A program made the position numbers and the translations under genes. The notes beneath the pieces are model-generated. The model was given only the letters and a program-made list of their open reading frames with translations. It was not told the DNA's origin and made no database searches. From NCBI GenBank assembly GCA_951406725.2, contig OX597818.1, positions 1,364,001 through 1,428,000 on the forward strand: 64,000 nt of DNA. The letters are read 5' to 3'. Below, piece after piece: positions 27,933 to 40,536 of the stretch; positions within the stretch are counted from its first letter, which is position 1; the number at the start of each line of letters is the position of its first letter. Origin of the DNA: Octopus vulgaris. Lineage: Eukaryota.

Positions 27933-29854
27933 AAAAATGCATAAAAGCCAAATTATAAATGAAACCATTAAAAAATCACCAAAGACATGCATACACACAC
28001 CTAACCCGGGGGACCTAAAACTACGACCCATTGTAGCTGGCCCAACCTGTGAAACACACATATTAAGTCTATTTATGGAAATCCTCCTGAAACCCTTCCT
28101 TAAACAAATCGATAGTCATATCAGAGATGACTTGGATATGTTAAACCACCTTCCAAAAAAAGTCAAGGAAGAAACAATCATGGTTTCATTTGATGTAGTT
28201 ATTTATATACCAGTATACCTCATAATTATGGACTAGAGGCAATGCACTTCTGGCTGGACCAATTTCCGGAAGAAATACCAAAAAGGATCAGTAAAGAATT
28301 CATCCTACATAATAACCACTTCATGTTTGACAATACATTTTACCGTCAAAAATCCGGAATTGCTATGGGTACAAGGGCAGCACCAGTCATTGCGAACCTA
28401 ACAATGGGCTACCTTGAAATAATTGTATACCAGGAATCTTTATCAACCTTTGGAAACCCCCTCTCTCAATACATAAAAGACAATTGGAAACGATTCCTGG
28501 ACGATTGTTTTATACTCTGGAATGAAAACACAGATAAACTCCTAAAATTCAAAAACCTATTGAACAGCATCAACCCAAATATACAGTTCACAATGGAATA
28601 CAACCAAAAGGAGCTTCCATTCTTAGATATACTAATTAAAAAAATTAACCTTTAAATAGAAACAGACATTTTTTACAAAGCCACAGACGCTAAACAATAC
28701 CTACATTTTGATTCATGCCACCCAAGACACACTAAAACAAACATCCCTTTCAACCTTGCAAGAAGGATATGCACAATAGTGTCAGAACAAAATACCAGGA
28801 ACTTTAGACTACAAGAACTCAAAAACACCCTAATTGACAGACACTACCCAGCTCAACTCATAGAGGATGGGATCAGACGTGCAACAGAAATCGACATAGA
28901 AACTTTGAGAAAAGTTCAACACAACAACACACCTTCCCCGAAAATACTTCCTTACATATCCACATACAACCCCAGAAACAAAGAAGCCTTCACCATCATC
29001 ACCCAGAGTTTACCAATACTTCATAAGGACCCCAAATTAAAGGAAATTCTAAACATACATAAAATCATTAAAAACTACAAACAACCTAAATCACTTAAAA
29101 AGATTCTCACAAAGGCAAAATTGTTTTCTGAAATTACGGATGCAAAAGTAAAAAAATGTGGTAGACCAAACTGCGCAACATGCCCAGACCTTCTAGAAGG
29201 ATCAGAATTCCTCTTCAAAGAGGGACAAAAATTCAAGATCAAATCTAATTTTACTTGTGCTTCTGAAAACATAATTTATGTCATAAGATGCTCGGGCTGC
29301 CACAAAAACTACGTGGGGTCCACGGGGCTATCACTCAGACGTAGATGCACTCTGCATCGACAACAGATTGCATTCCCAGAATACAGAATGATACCCTTTA
29401 GTGAGCATATTGAGAAATGCGCAAAGCAACTACTATCAAAAATTTTTAATCTTTCCATTTTATCAATGTGCTATTGGAACACCAACGCAAATTAGACTAA
29501 ACAAGGAAACATTCTTCATTGAAAAATATAAGCCCAAACTTAACAACTCTAACATTCTTATACAGAGAAACTCACCCCATTAAATAAAAGGGAAAAGAAA
29601 TATAAAGTGATTATTTCCCTTATACCGGAAGAAATCGCTTATTACCTCCCCCTACCTGGAACTCTTTTTTGCACTTCATAACGAAGACATAACACGATGT
29701 TTTGAGAAATTTGAAAAGTTAACACGAAACCGGTAATTTCTTCAAAAACTATGTCACTGTATAAAAAAATTTTATAACATTCCTCTGACATGATGACTCA
29801 TATATTTTTTAACCTTTTAAAACAAGCCTTCTGTAGTTTTTTCACTTTTTACTA

Positions 29855-29860
<6 letters not shown>
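27931..29860 (+). mobile_element. 5'-truncated Penelope-like element (Neptune-type), RT + GIY-YIG, frameshifted
   Basis: PKMHK, LRPIVAGP, SFDV, YRQKSGIAMGT..AP..ANL, WKRFLDD, LPFLDI, SCHPRHTK, CGRPNCATC, IIYVIRCSGCHKNYVG. Confidence 0.95.
29700..29747 (+). ncRNA. hammerhead-like motif, variant core; mirrored at 27501-27548
   Basis: TTTTGAGAAAT-TTGAAAA-GT(TAAC)AC-GAAACCGGTA-ATTTCTTCAAAA. Confidence 0.6.
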
Positions 29861-29927
<67 letters not shown>

Positions 29928-30033
29928 TATATGTATATACATATATATATACATACACACACACACACACACAATTGCAGCGTGGAAGGTGTTTATAAGC
30001 CATTTAAAAAACACAAAAACCATTAGATTCACT

Positions 30034-30100
<67 letters not shown>

Positions 30101-30639
30101 GTTTTGTAGGTAGGAGCGTTTGCATATATGCGTGGATGCACTGCGTATATAAGCCATGAGTGTGTGTCTGCTTTATGAAGCAATCCTTATTAAATGAGAA
30201 ATATTCACAATTGTCAGTAAATGCTAAACTTCCTCTCAAAAAGCAAATGAAGATTTTATGTTGTTTGGCTATAATAAATATAATCACTTGATTCCGCTGG
30301 CGAGCAAGGTGTGGTTTCCGATATTATCCCACTCGCCTCTCTTTCTCGCTTTGTGTGTGGATGTATTCATATGTGTGCGTGTATATATATATATATATAT
30401 ATATATACACTCTCTCTTTTACTCTTTTACTTGTTTCAGTCATTTGACTGCGGACATGCTGGAGCACCGCCTTTAGTCGAGCAAATCGACTTTTTCTATT
30501 TTCTCTCCCTGTTTATTTCTGTGTTCCATTCTGTCGAAGGCTCAAAACGTAAAAGACTTCCTCACTTCTCGAGCGTGAAACTAATACATCTGTTTGTTGC
30601 TTACACACCCGTCTTCGGCTTTTGTTTTTTTGTAAATTC

Positions 30640-30714
<75 letters not shown>

Positions 30715-30775
30715 AAAAAATGAAGTTCGAAAATGCTGCTATAGTAGACAAATTTTTAATTTTTATATATACATT

Positions 30776-30808
30776 ATAACATGTTTCGGTTCTTGAGAAC
30801 CTTATCAA
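30776..30808 (-). ncRNA. hammerhead-like motif in a TA-anchored fragment
   Basis: Minus strand reads TTGATAA-GGTTC(TCAA)GAACC-GAAACATGTTA. Confidence 0.55.
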
Positions 30809-31127
30809 AAAAAGTTATATATAAAAAAAGATAGTTCATGCTATCAAATATAAAAAATTCATTTATAATATACAATAGAGTCAGACATCAAAAGTTCATA
30901 TATCGTGAAGTGAGTTCGTTCATGCTATATGTTTAGAGAGTATGATGTAGTGGTTCATAGTGGTGATATGCATTCAATATAAAAAATAGATCAAAGTGGT
31001 GATATGCAGTCAATATAAAAAATTTGGTGTTCCTGAAAGAGCGAGGAATTCATTTTAGATTTTACCTTGAGTAACTGTGATGACATTTGGTTGGTGTTCG
31101 CTGGATATATATATATATATATGTATA

Positions 31128-31531
31128 GGCGCAGGAGTGGCTGTGTGGTAAGTAGCTTGCTAACCAACCACATTGTTCCGGGTTCAGTCCCACTGCGTGG
31201 CATCTTGGGCAACTGTCTTCTGCTATAGCCTCGGGTCGACCAATGACTTGTGAGTGGATTTGGTAGACGGAAACTGAAAGAAGCCTGTCGTATATATGTA
31301 TATATATATATGTGTGTGTGTGTATGTGTTTGTGTGTCTGTGTTTGTCCCTCTAGCATTGCTTGATAACCGATGCTGGTGTGTTTACGTTCCCGTAACTT
31401 AGCGGTTCGGCAAAAGAGACCGATAGAATAATCACTCGGCTTACAAAGAATAAGTCCCGGGGTCGATTTGCTCGACCAAAGGCGGTGCTCCAGCATGGCC
31501 GCAGTCAAATGACTAAAACAAGTAAGAGAGT
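31128..31531 (+). mobile_element. full-length tRNA-type SINE, family A
   Basis: A-box-like TGGCTGTGTGGT and B-box-like GGTTCAGTCCC, internal TA/TG tract, and many copies in the window. Confidence 0.9.
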
Positions 31532-31583
31532 ATATGTATATACATATATATATATACACAAATATACATATTTACATACATAT

Positions 31584-31625
<42 letters not shown>

Positions 31626-31812
31626 ACACACACAAGCATGCACACACATATACACAGACCTTTTTCAGTTTCCATCTACCACTTCTAATCACAACAATTT
31701 GGGACTGAACCCAGAATGATGTCGTTGGGAAGCAAGCTTCTTACCGCACCGCCACACCTGTGCATATGTATGTATGCATGTATGTATGTATGTATGTATG
31801 TATGTATGTATG

Positions 31813-31878
<66 letters not shown>

Positions 31879-31905
31879 CGTATGTGTGTATATATATATA
31901 TATAT

Positions 31906-32037
31906 ATGTTTACGACGAAGAGCTCCGCTCGAAGCGTTAAACCCTCTTTCTTTCCTTCTTTCCTGAGCGTCCAATAATACTATATTTGTTCCACGTCCTC
32001 GCGTTGTATTTCTTTTTGTCCTTTTTTGTTTGGATTA

Positions 32038-32041
<4 letters not shown>
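31906..32041 (+). mobile_element. TA-flanked mini-element with hammerhead-like motif
   Basis: GTTT-ACGACGA-A-GAGC(TCC)GCTC-GAAGCGTT-AAAC. Same family as 33600-33805. Confidence 0.7.
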
Positions 32042-32114
<73 letters not shown>

Positions 32115-32559
32115 AAGATTCAGTTGAATAAGGTACTTAATTTGAGGCACCTAGTTAGGTGGGAATAAGATGCACACAACAAATTCTGGATGAATACCAG
32201 CCTTGGTACAGAAGTACTTTCAGAATGATATTCCGGTGATGTATGCAGTCATGTACATTTTATTAAATATACAGTCAATAGTATACTTCAGAAAACGTGA
32301 GTGGCATTATTTGAGTTAGATGAATTAAAAGTAAATAAGTAACACTTGAAAGAGAGGTGTCAAAACATTACGACCGTTCCTAACGAACTTTTAATTGATA
32401 ATTGAGTACATAATATCATTATAAAAAAACTGTGTCTTTAGATGAATACACGAACTTTACAATTAAGGACATTTAAAATAATTTAAAATAATTTAAAATC
32501 CACAGCAACATACATATTGAAGACATGCAACATATTTTGAACCGGTTTTCTTGTGCAGA

Positions 32560-32870
32560 AAACTTATTTGCTCTCAGTCTGCTTTATCAGCACCCACTAA
32601 GATGTCGTAATAGATCAAAAGATTCCGAGCTAATGATAATACAAGGAAAGTCCTTAAAGTACACCGATGCCTTTACCTATCTCGGCAGTGCAGTGACTTG
32701 TACTAACCCTTCTAAACTTGAAGTTGAGAAGTTCTCTCGAGAAGAGTCTATGGAGCTACAATGACATTAGTCACAAAACAATGTGTAGAGTAGCACAGAG
32801 TTCCCTTGCTTCCTCTACGCCACGTAATTCATGGCCCTCTACTGCAGGCACATGAAAGCTCTGATGCGAG
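32560..32870 (+). mobile_element. decayed RTE-type LINE fragment
   Basis: IQGKSLKYTDAFTYLGSAVT resembles the RT F.YLGS motif. Confidence 0.5.
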
Positions 32871-33190
32871 TCCAACATACATATATATGTGTGTGTGTGC
32901 ACGTGTGTGTGTGCGCGTGTGTGTGTGTGCGCGTGTGTGTGTGTGCGTGTGTGTGTGCGCGTGTGTGCGTGCGCGTCTGTGTGTGTGCGTGCGTATAACT
33001 TTAGAGAGGTATGTTTTGTATATCAATAAATATACATATAACCAGTAAAGATAACCAGCTGGCGAAAGATCTGCCTGGTGTTAAACTAGTAATAACATGG
33101 AACAGCCACTTTGATGTGGCGATTAACTTTACTTGTGTGTATATAAATATATATAAATATATATATACATGTGTGCGCATATATATATAT

Positions 33191-33551
33191 ACAACTTATA
33201 AATAAGGGCTAAAGAAAATTATTTCTATGCCAATATGCTGATAACAGATTTTAAATCGTCAATTTCCACATATTATTTACTCGCTACAGAAACACGTAGA
33301 GCTGAAAATCGAGGAAAGCCAGCCAATAGAATTTTCTTGGATTTTCAGCTCTACGTGTTTTCTGTAGCGAGTAAATAATATGTGGAAATTGACGATTTAA
33401 AAGTCTGTTATCAGCATATTGCCACAGAAATAATTTTCTTTAGCCCTTATTTATAAGTTGTTTATAATTTTAACCGTAAAGGTATTTTAATATGCTGCCA
33501 CATTTTTTGATGGAATTTTTTTCTGTAAAAAAACTTCATCCTATATTAGTA

Positions 33552-33552
<1 letters not shown>
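33191..33552 (+). mobile_element. fold-back mini-element, family W
   Basis: Inverted arms of about 125 bp (33191-33317 and 33334-33461). TA on both sides. Confidence 0.9.
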
Positions 33553-33598
<46 letters not shown>

Positions 33599-33599
33599 C

Positions 33600-33805
33600 A
33601 ACATGTGACCTCGTGAGCACCGCCAGCAATTTTTTTCCCTCTGTCTTCCCTTCTCGGGATCTTTCCTTCTCCTTTGTTTCCGACGAAGAGCTCCGCTCGA
33701 AACGTTGAACCCTCCTTCCCTTCTTTCCTGAGCGTCCAATAATACTTTATTTGTTCCACGTCCTCGCGTTGCTGTGTTTTTTTGTGTTTTCTTGTTTGGA
33801 TTAAC
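33600..33805 (+). mobile_element. TA-flanked mini-element with hammerhead motif (33676-33710)
   Basis: GTTT-CCGACGA-A-GAGC(TCC)GCTC-GAAACGTT-GAAC. Confidence 0.75.
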
Positions 33806-33824
33806 TATATATATATATTTTTTT

Positions 33825-34020
33825 TTTATTATATAGAAGGAGCTTCTACAGGACTAGAACTGTTTCATTCAGAAGAAATCATCAGGAAGCTTCCTGATGA
33901 TTTCTTCTGAATGAAACAGTTCTAGTCCTGTAGAAGCTCCTTCTATATAATAAATTAATTTACTCTGCTATGTATTGAGTACCTTATTTACTGTGGTTAA
34001 CCCCGACTCAACCCGGGACC

Positions 34021-34023
<3 letters not shown>
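33825..34023 (+). mobile_element. fold-back mini-element, family V, containing a perfect 130-bp palindrome (33825-33954)
   Basis: Arms compared base by base, centre AAG|CTT. The unfolded relative lies at 45961-46270 on the minus strand. Confidence 0.95.
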
Positions 34024-34082
<59 letters not shown>

Positions 34083-34083
<1 letters not shown>

Positions 34084-34418
34084 CAACAAGTAACGGCTGT
34101 CCTCAGAGTTTTGGTAGCCTGGCTCAAGCTTTCGGAATTACGGAGATGTACTCGCATAGCAAGTGATTTGATCTGAGATCGTGTGCTGGAACGAAAACAA
34201 TTGCAGCGTGGAAGGTGTTTGTAAGCCATTTAAGAAACACACAAAAGCCGTTCGATTCACTTCAACATTTAAGTTTAATTTTAATTTGTCAAAATATTTT
34301 CGTCCCTAGAATCTGCGACCTGTTCACTGACAAAAATCCGTGCTGCATCTGAGAGGTGAATCGAACGGCTTTTGTGTGTTTCTTAAATGGCTTACAAACA
34401 CCTTCCACGCTGCAATTG

Positions 34419-34419
<1 letters not shown>
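34083..34419 (-). mobile_element. fold-back mini-element, family X
   Basis: Perfect 64-bp inverted arms (34197-34260 and 34356-34419). TA on both sides. Confidence 0.9.
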
Positions 34420-34497
<78 letters not shown>

Positions 34498-34555
34498 TAT
34501 ACATATATATAAATATACATATATATACACACACTCATATATGTGTGTGTGTGTA

Positions 34556-35000
34556 TTTTATTATTTGCTTGTTTCAGTCATTAAGCTGCGGCCATGCTGT
34601 GGTACCACCTTAAAAATTTTTAGTCGAATGAATCGAAAAAAGTATATATTTTTTAAAGCTTGGTACTTATTCTGTCGATCTGTTTTGCTGAACTCCTAAG
34701 TTACGGGAATGTAAAGACATCAACACCGGTTGTCAATGGGTGGTGGGAGGATAAACACAGACGTAAAGTCACTCATAGCTATACATACATACATACATAC
34801 ATACATACATACATACATACATACATACATACATACATACATACATACATACGTACATATATATACGACGGGCTTCTTTCACTTTCCGTCTACCAAATCC
34901 GCTCACAAAGCTTTGGTTGGCCCAAGGTTATAATAGAAAACACCTGACCTAGGTACCACGCAGTGGGTCTGAACCTGGAACCATGCGGTTGAGAAATACT
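34556..35000 (-). mobile_element. SINE family A
   Basis: Similarity to 31128-31531, with internal (TACA)n. Confidence 0.8.
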
Positions 35001-35116
35001 TGCATACATATATATGTTTGTGTGTGAATGTGTGTATGTATGTGAACGTGCTAAGAAAAAGAAGGGCGTCGGGATTTTGGATAATTACTTATTTAGCACT
35101 TTCATCTCTTGTTGAG

Positions 35117-35191
<75 letters not shown>

Positions 35192-35400
35192 TCTTTACTC
35201 TTTTACTTGTTTCAGTCATTTGACTGCGGCCATGCTGGAGCACCGCCTTTAGTCGAACAAATCGACCCCAGGATTTATTCTTCGTAAGCCAACTACTTAT
35301 TCTATCGTTTCCTTATGCCGTACTGCTAAGTTACCGAGATGTAAACGCACCAAGATCGGTCGTCAAGCGATGGTTGGAGGACAAACACTGACGCACAAAT
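35192..35400 (-). mobile_element. SINE family A, 3' half
   Basis: Similarity to 31335-31531. Confidence 0.8.
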
Positions 35401-35564
35401 ACATATATCGACAGATTAGAAGCGTTTTAGACTATGAATAAAGAAGCATGACGTCTCTCTCTTACTATTTTAAAATTATATATTTCCTGAGCGCCATACT
35501 AATACAATTGTTTGTTTGTTTTCCACCTGCCTTCGTCTTTTGTCTATTTTCATAAAGCTTCCCG

Positions 35565-35628
<64 letters not shown>

Positions 35629-35630
<2 letters not shown>

Positions 35631-36036
35631 TCATTACTCATTTAATTGTTTCAGTCATTTGACTGTGGCCATGCTGGAGCACCGCCTTTAGTCGAGCAAA
35701 TCGACCCCGGGACTTATTCTTTGTAAGCTCGTACTTATTCTATCGGTCTCTTTTGCCAAACCGCTAAGTGACGGGGACGTAAACACACCAGCATCGGTTG
35801 TCAAGCAATGCTAGGGGGACAAACACAGACACACAAACATATACACACACACTTATATATATATACATATATACGACAGGCTTCTTTCAGTTTCCGTCTA
35901 CCAAATCCACTCACAAGGCATTGATCGGCCCGGGGCTATAGCAGAAGACACTTGCCCAAGATGCCACGCAGTGGGACTGAACCCGGAACCATGTGGTTGG
36001 TTAGCAAGCTACTTACCACACAGCCACTCCTGCGCC
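35629..36036 (-). mobile_element. full-length SINE, family A
   Basis: Highly similar to the reverse complement of 31128-31531. Confidence 0.9.
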
Positions 36037-36132
36037 TATATATATATATATACATATATATACATACATACATATATATATACATACATACATACATGCA
36101 TGCATGCATACATACATACATACATACATACA

Positions 36133-36166
<34 letters not shown>

Positions 36167-36175
36167 CATATATAT

Positions 36176-36640
36176 ATATAATAATAAGGGTTTTTTGCAA
36201 CAAGTTGTTTAAACCACATACCGAAAATATTAGAAATAGCAGCCAAAGGACTACTATTTCCTTTTACTACAAAAATAAGTCTCCACAGACAACAATATTT
36301 GTAACTCACATATGCCAAAAAAAAGAAGAAAATCAACGAAATCACACAGTCTTCGGATTAATTATGCGTGATTATGTGTGATTTCGTTGTTTTTCTTCCT
36401 TTTTTTGCCATATGTGAGTTACAAATATTGTTGACTGTGGAGACTTATGTTTGTAGTAAAAGGAAATAGTAGTCCTTTGGCTGCTATTTTTAATATTTTC
36501 GGTATGTGGTTTAAGCAACTTGTTGCAAAAAACCCTTATTATTATAATTATATAATTTTTTACCGAATATGGTCCTTTTCCAAACCGAAATACTACTAGG
36601 TGAAATTTGTTGATTTTATTAAATTAATTATATTTCACTC
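36176..36640 (+). mobile_element. fold-back mini-element related to family Y
   Basis: Inverted arms of about 170 bp (36176-36348 and 36375-36546). TA-flanked. Confidence 0.9.
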
Positions 36641-37280
36641 TATATCTGTATATATATATATATATATATATACACCACACACAATATATATACATACATT
36701 ATATATATGTTTATGTATCTTTGTATGTATGTGTAAATATGTGTGGCGAAATTTTGAGAGCTTGGTATAGAGAAAATAAGAAGAAAGAAAGAAAGAAAGA
36801 ACGAAAAAGAAACGAAAAGAAGGAAAGAAAGAAAGAAAGACAAAAATGGGCCTTTTCTGGCACGGTTGAAATTTTTGGTCAATTGTCATGTTGCCCGGCT
36901 GTAGAAAGGGATCTTTCTCTGGAATGGTTGAAATGAATGATAGTTCAAGAGGTTAGATTTCTTTTAGTCGTTGTTTTAACGTTGCTACATAAAATATGAC
37001 TCCCTGCACTCAACTATATCATTCAACTACGGCTATAGTTGTATAATATTCTGACGGCTGCAATTTACTCACACGCAGCGTCTTCAGGGGGCTTTGTCAC
37101 TAATTCAGTTTTTAACCAAATTGAAAACTGTTAGCATTTTTGAAGAGGACCGGTCCCTAGCTACATTTTGTCATTAAAAAAAAACTGAGATTTAGTCCAG
37201 CAGAAAAAAGTTTACCTCAAAATTTATAGCAACGTTATAGGAGAGTAATTCACGCCTCCATTCAAGTTTAGATCTAAATA

Positions 37281-37475
37281 ACTTTTTTATTTTAAAAGCA
37301 AAATATATTTATCTTAGCTTCAATGATAGAAGAAAGCATGAGGAATTTCATAGTTTTCATCCCATGCAACAAAAACTTTTTTTTATTTTCAAAGCAAACT
37401 ATATTTTAATTAAGCTTAAATGATAGAGCTCAATTGGAGGAATTTCATAGTATCAAATTCATGCAATGAAGTTTT
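37281..37475. repeat. two diverged direct repeats of about 95 bp
   Basis: ttttatttt.aaagcaaa.tat...tgataga...gaggaatttcatagt...catgcaa occurs twice. Confidence 0.7.
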
Positions 37476-37653
37476 AAAAGAAAGAGTTATGAGTGTTTTT
37501 TTCTCAAATTTGCGTGTGATAATATAGTTCTTTACTTTTTAATGGGTATAGTTCTATAAGGGGACTTTTAATATATATTACCAGCATCATTGTTGTAGGG
37601 GGAAAATTATCAACGGCACCTTTAGCAAAATAGCATAGCCTGGCAAAACATGG

Positions 37654-38551
37654 ATTATATGGAAAAATGCGAGCAAGAGCAATAATATTCTTAAGATTAT
37701 AAACATGGATAAGTACAAGACAAATCATTTCATTTAGAAAAGTTCAGGACAAGTTATTACATCTGGTAAAGTACAGAACACGAAACTTTTTACTTAAAAT
37801 ATTGCAGCTAATGATAAAATTTGAATATTAAACATTATTTGATTTTAATTTACCAAGTAACATTATGATTAAATACGGCACCATCATTTTAGTAAACTAT
37901 TGACACACTAGAATACTTAAAAAATGAGAGCCAGAAGTACCAATATAGCTAAAGTTTTATGCAAAGTAGAATTGTATAAATGGTAGGCAAATTCATTGTG
38001 TAAAAAGTAGGCATTCATTCAAAACTTAAAATGTGAAGACTTGGCAATAAGGGAATAACTGAAGCAAATTTTACAGTGAATTTGCTGTTATAGGTAGATT
38101 TTACTGCAATATATTACTAACTTTTGTATTATTCTATTTATTGTGCTAACTAATTATGCACTACTATTATTTTTATAACCTATTTTCAAATTTCTAATTA
38201 TTAATTAATATTAATTAATAATTTAAAAAAATGAATTTTCTATAAGTGCAAAAAATATTTTGAGTTATTTAAAAAAAAATTTTAATAGAAGTAGCAAGTA
38301 ATAACAAATAAAAGTAATAACTTGTAATAACATTTTTAGATTTAATAAAAGCTCATATTTTCTAAATCTAAATATTTGATTTGAAATGTTATCCTTAGCT
38401 ACAATATTTTAAGTAAAACTTTACTTGTTCCGTACTTTACCAGATGTAATAACTTGTCCTGAACTTTTCCAAGTGTAATAACTTGTCCTGTACTTTTTCA
38501 GGTTTATAATCTTAGGAATATTATTTCTCTTACTCGTATTTTTCCATGTAA
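37654..38551. mobile_element. foldback/MITE-like element with inverted arms of about 180 bp
   Basis: 37654-37835 matches the reverse complement of 38371-38551. The arms contain approx. 28-bp subrepeats (aagt.caggacaagttattaca). Confidence 0.75.
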
Positions 38552-39029
38552 TATATACTATGATTGCGAGACAAACAGATAGACAAAAATACAAAAAGAG
38601 ATCCTGGGGTATCAAAGGCATCAGTATATGATAAAAAACGAGAAATAACAACCAAATTTCATATCCCACGCTTAAATCGGGAAATATATATTCTTAAAAT
38701 GTCAGGTTGAACATGACTGGAGTACTTCTGGTGATAGTTGTAGTGGCTTTCGGTTCAAATGAAATCAATGAATCGTTGAAGAAACATCTGTATGGTAACT
38801 GGACACACAGAAAATAACAACCAAATTTCTCTCAGGTCCATATCATTCCGTCTTTAGAAAAGGTCAAGTTGGATAATGTAGTACTAATACATTATATCTG
38901 GGAGACAAAGGGCTTGATGGTCACAGTTGGAATGTCTTTCATCATAGATCAACTTGATTAAGGCTGACCTGAGGCTACGAACAACGACGTCAGCATCAAA
39001 ACTCTTCGGTGGTTGAGTCAGCCTAAATT

Positions 39030-39222
39030 GGTTTCAGATTTTAGCACATGACCAGCAATTTCGAGAGAGGGGTTAGTCGATTACATTGACTTCAGTACTC
39101 AACTGGTACTTAACTTATAGACACCGAAAGGATGAAAGGCAAAGTCGATCGCTGTGGAATTTGAACTCCGAACGTGAGGAAGGACGAAATGCCGCTAAGC
39201 AGTTTGCTAATGACTCACTGCT
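39030..39222 (-). mobile_element. SINE family B
   Basis: Reverse complement matches 55057-55266. Confidence 0.75.
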
Positions 39223-40536
39223 TAATTCTTAGCTCAGATTATTGGAGAGTGAAGTTAAATTAGAATTAATTCATAATTTATGGAGTGTTCCTATTGAGTA
39301 TTCCTATCAAGTGATGCATTTTCATAAACTATCAGTCTGCCAATATTGTTCACACATGCATACAGATACATACTCACATATAGTTTGCACTTGTTTCTGT
39401 CTATACACATCTCTGTATATGAAAATATAGTGATGAATATGCAGTTTTCAATGATATTGTAATACAGTTTATAATTCATTTTAATGTAGTGATGATGTGT
39501 GTATGTGTGTATACATGCGTAAATACATACATACGCATGCACACACATATGCATACATAACATACATACATACATACACGTGTGTATGTGCGTGTGTGAG
39601 TGTACAAGTCATGTTAACTTAAATTACATAACAAAACAGCAAATTATTTAATAGTATTCCATACACTGTACTGGTTAAGGGACTCAGTATTGATATTTAT
39701 AAAGAATCAGATGGATCTATCTTGCAATTTCTGGCTGGGGCCTAGTTTTATCAAACCTTCTAGAATGATGAGAATAGAAAGAGAAAACGAGAAGGCAGGT
39801 GCAGTATCCAACAGATATAAAATCAAAACTTCCAGTCATAACTATTCTATCCTGTTTTCAGACAATATAACCAGAAGTACTTTAGTCAGTATGCTCCTTT
39901 ATTAAGATGGTAAATTGTGCTCTGAGGGGAATTTGTCTGCTATGCCTAATATGCTGAGCGACTACGTGAGGATTTCCTCCTTGGCAGCTGATGGTACCAA
40001 TGTAACCGATATAAAATAATTATGTTGTGAGGAATCTAAGCGAAGCTAGAAAGTTGATGGTCGTTTCTTATCGCAATATTTACAGTTGATGACGTAAAGT
40101 TTATGTGTAATCCATCACATTTTGTGACGGATTTATTGTTGTTGAACAAAACCTCAAGTGAAACTAAATTGTTATTTTATTGATACACATTTATAACTAG
40201 CCAAATATTCATGTCACTAGCTACCTAATAGATAAGTGTACTATTTTTAGAGAACAACTACTACATCTCGCACGTGATTTTTTTTTTGCATCAGTAATTG
40301 TTACAACTTGTGCTTTGTTATTGGAATATTCTATTGAAAGGCCAAAAAATCGTTCGAACATTGTTTACTTTGAATACACAACCTGTTTTGTTCTTCACAT
40401 CACATGATTTAATTTTAAAGCAAAAGTGATGAAGGCTGGAATCTCATTAATAGTTTTGGCAAAGGCTATTATTTGCTCATTGTTTAAAACACAATTAGAA
40501 GCAAGTGGCTTTTAAAATCTATTGATAGAATAAGTA

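Noticed and set aside
31128-31205. tRNA gene
   Set aside because: A/B-box-like motifs are present, but they form the head of a multi-copy SINE and no convincing cloverleaf is seen.
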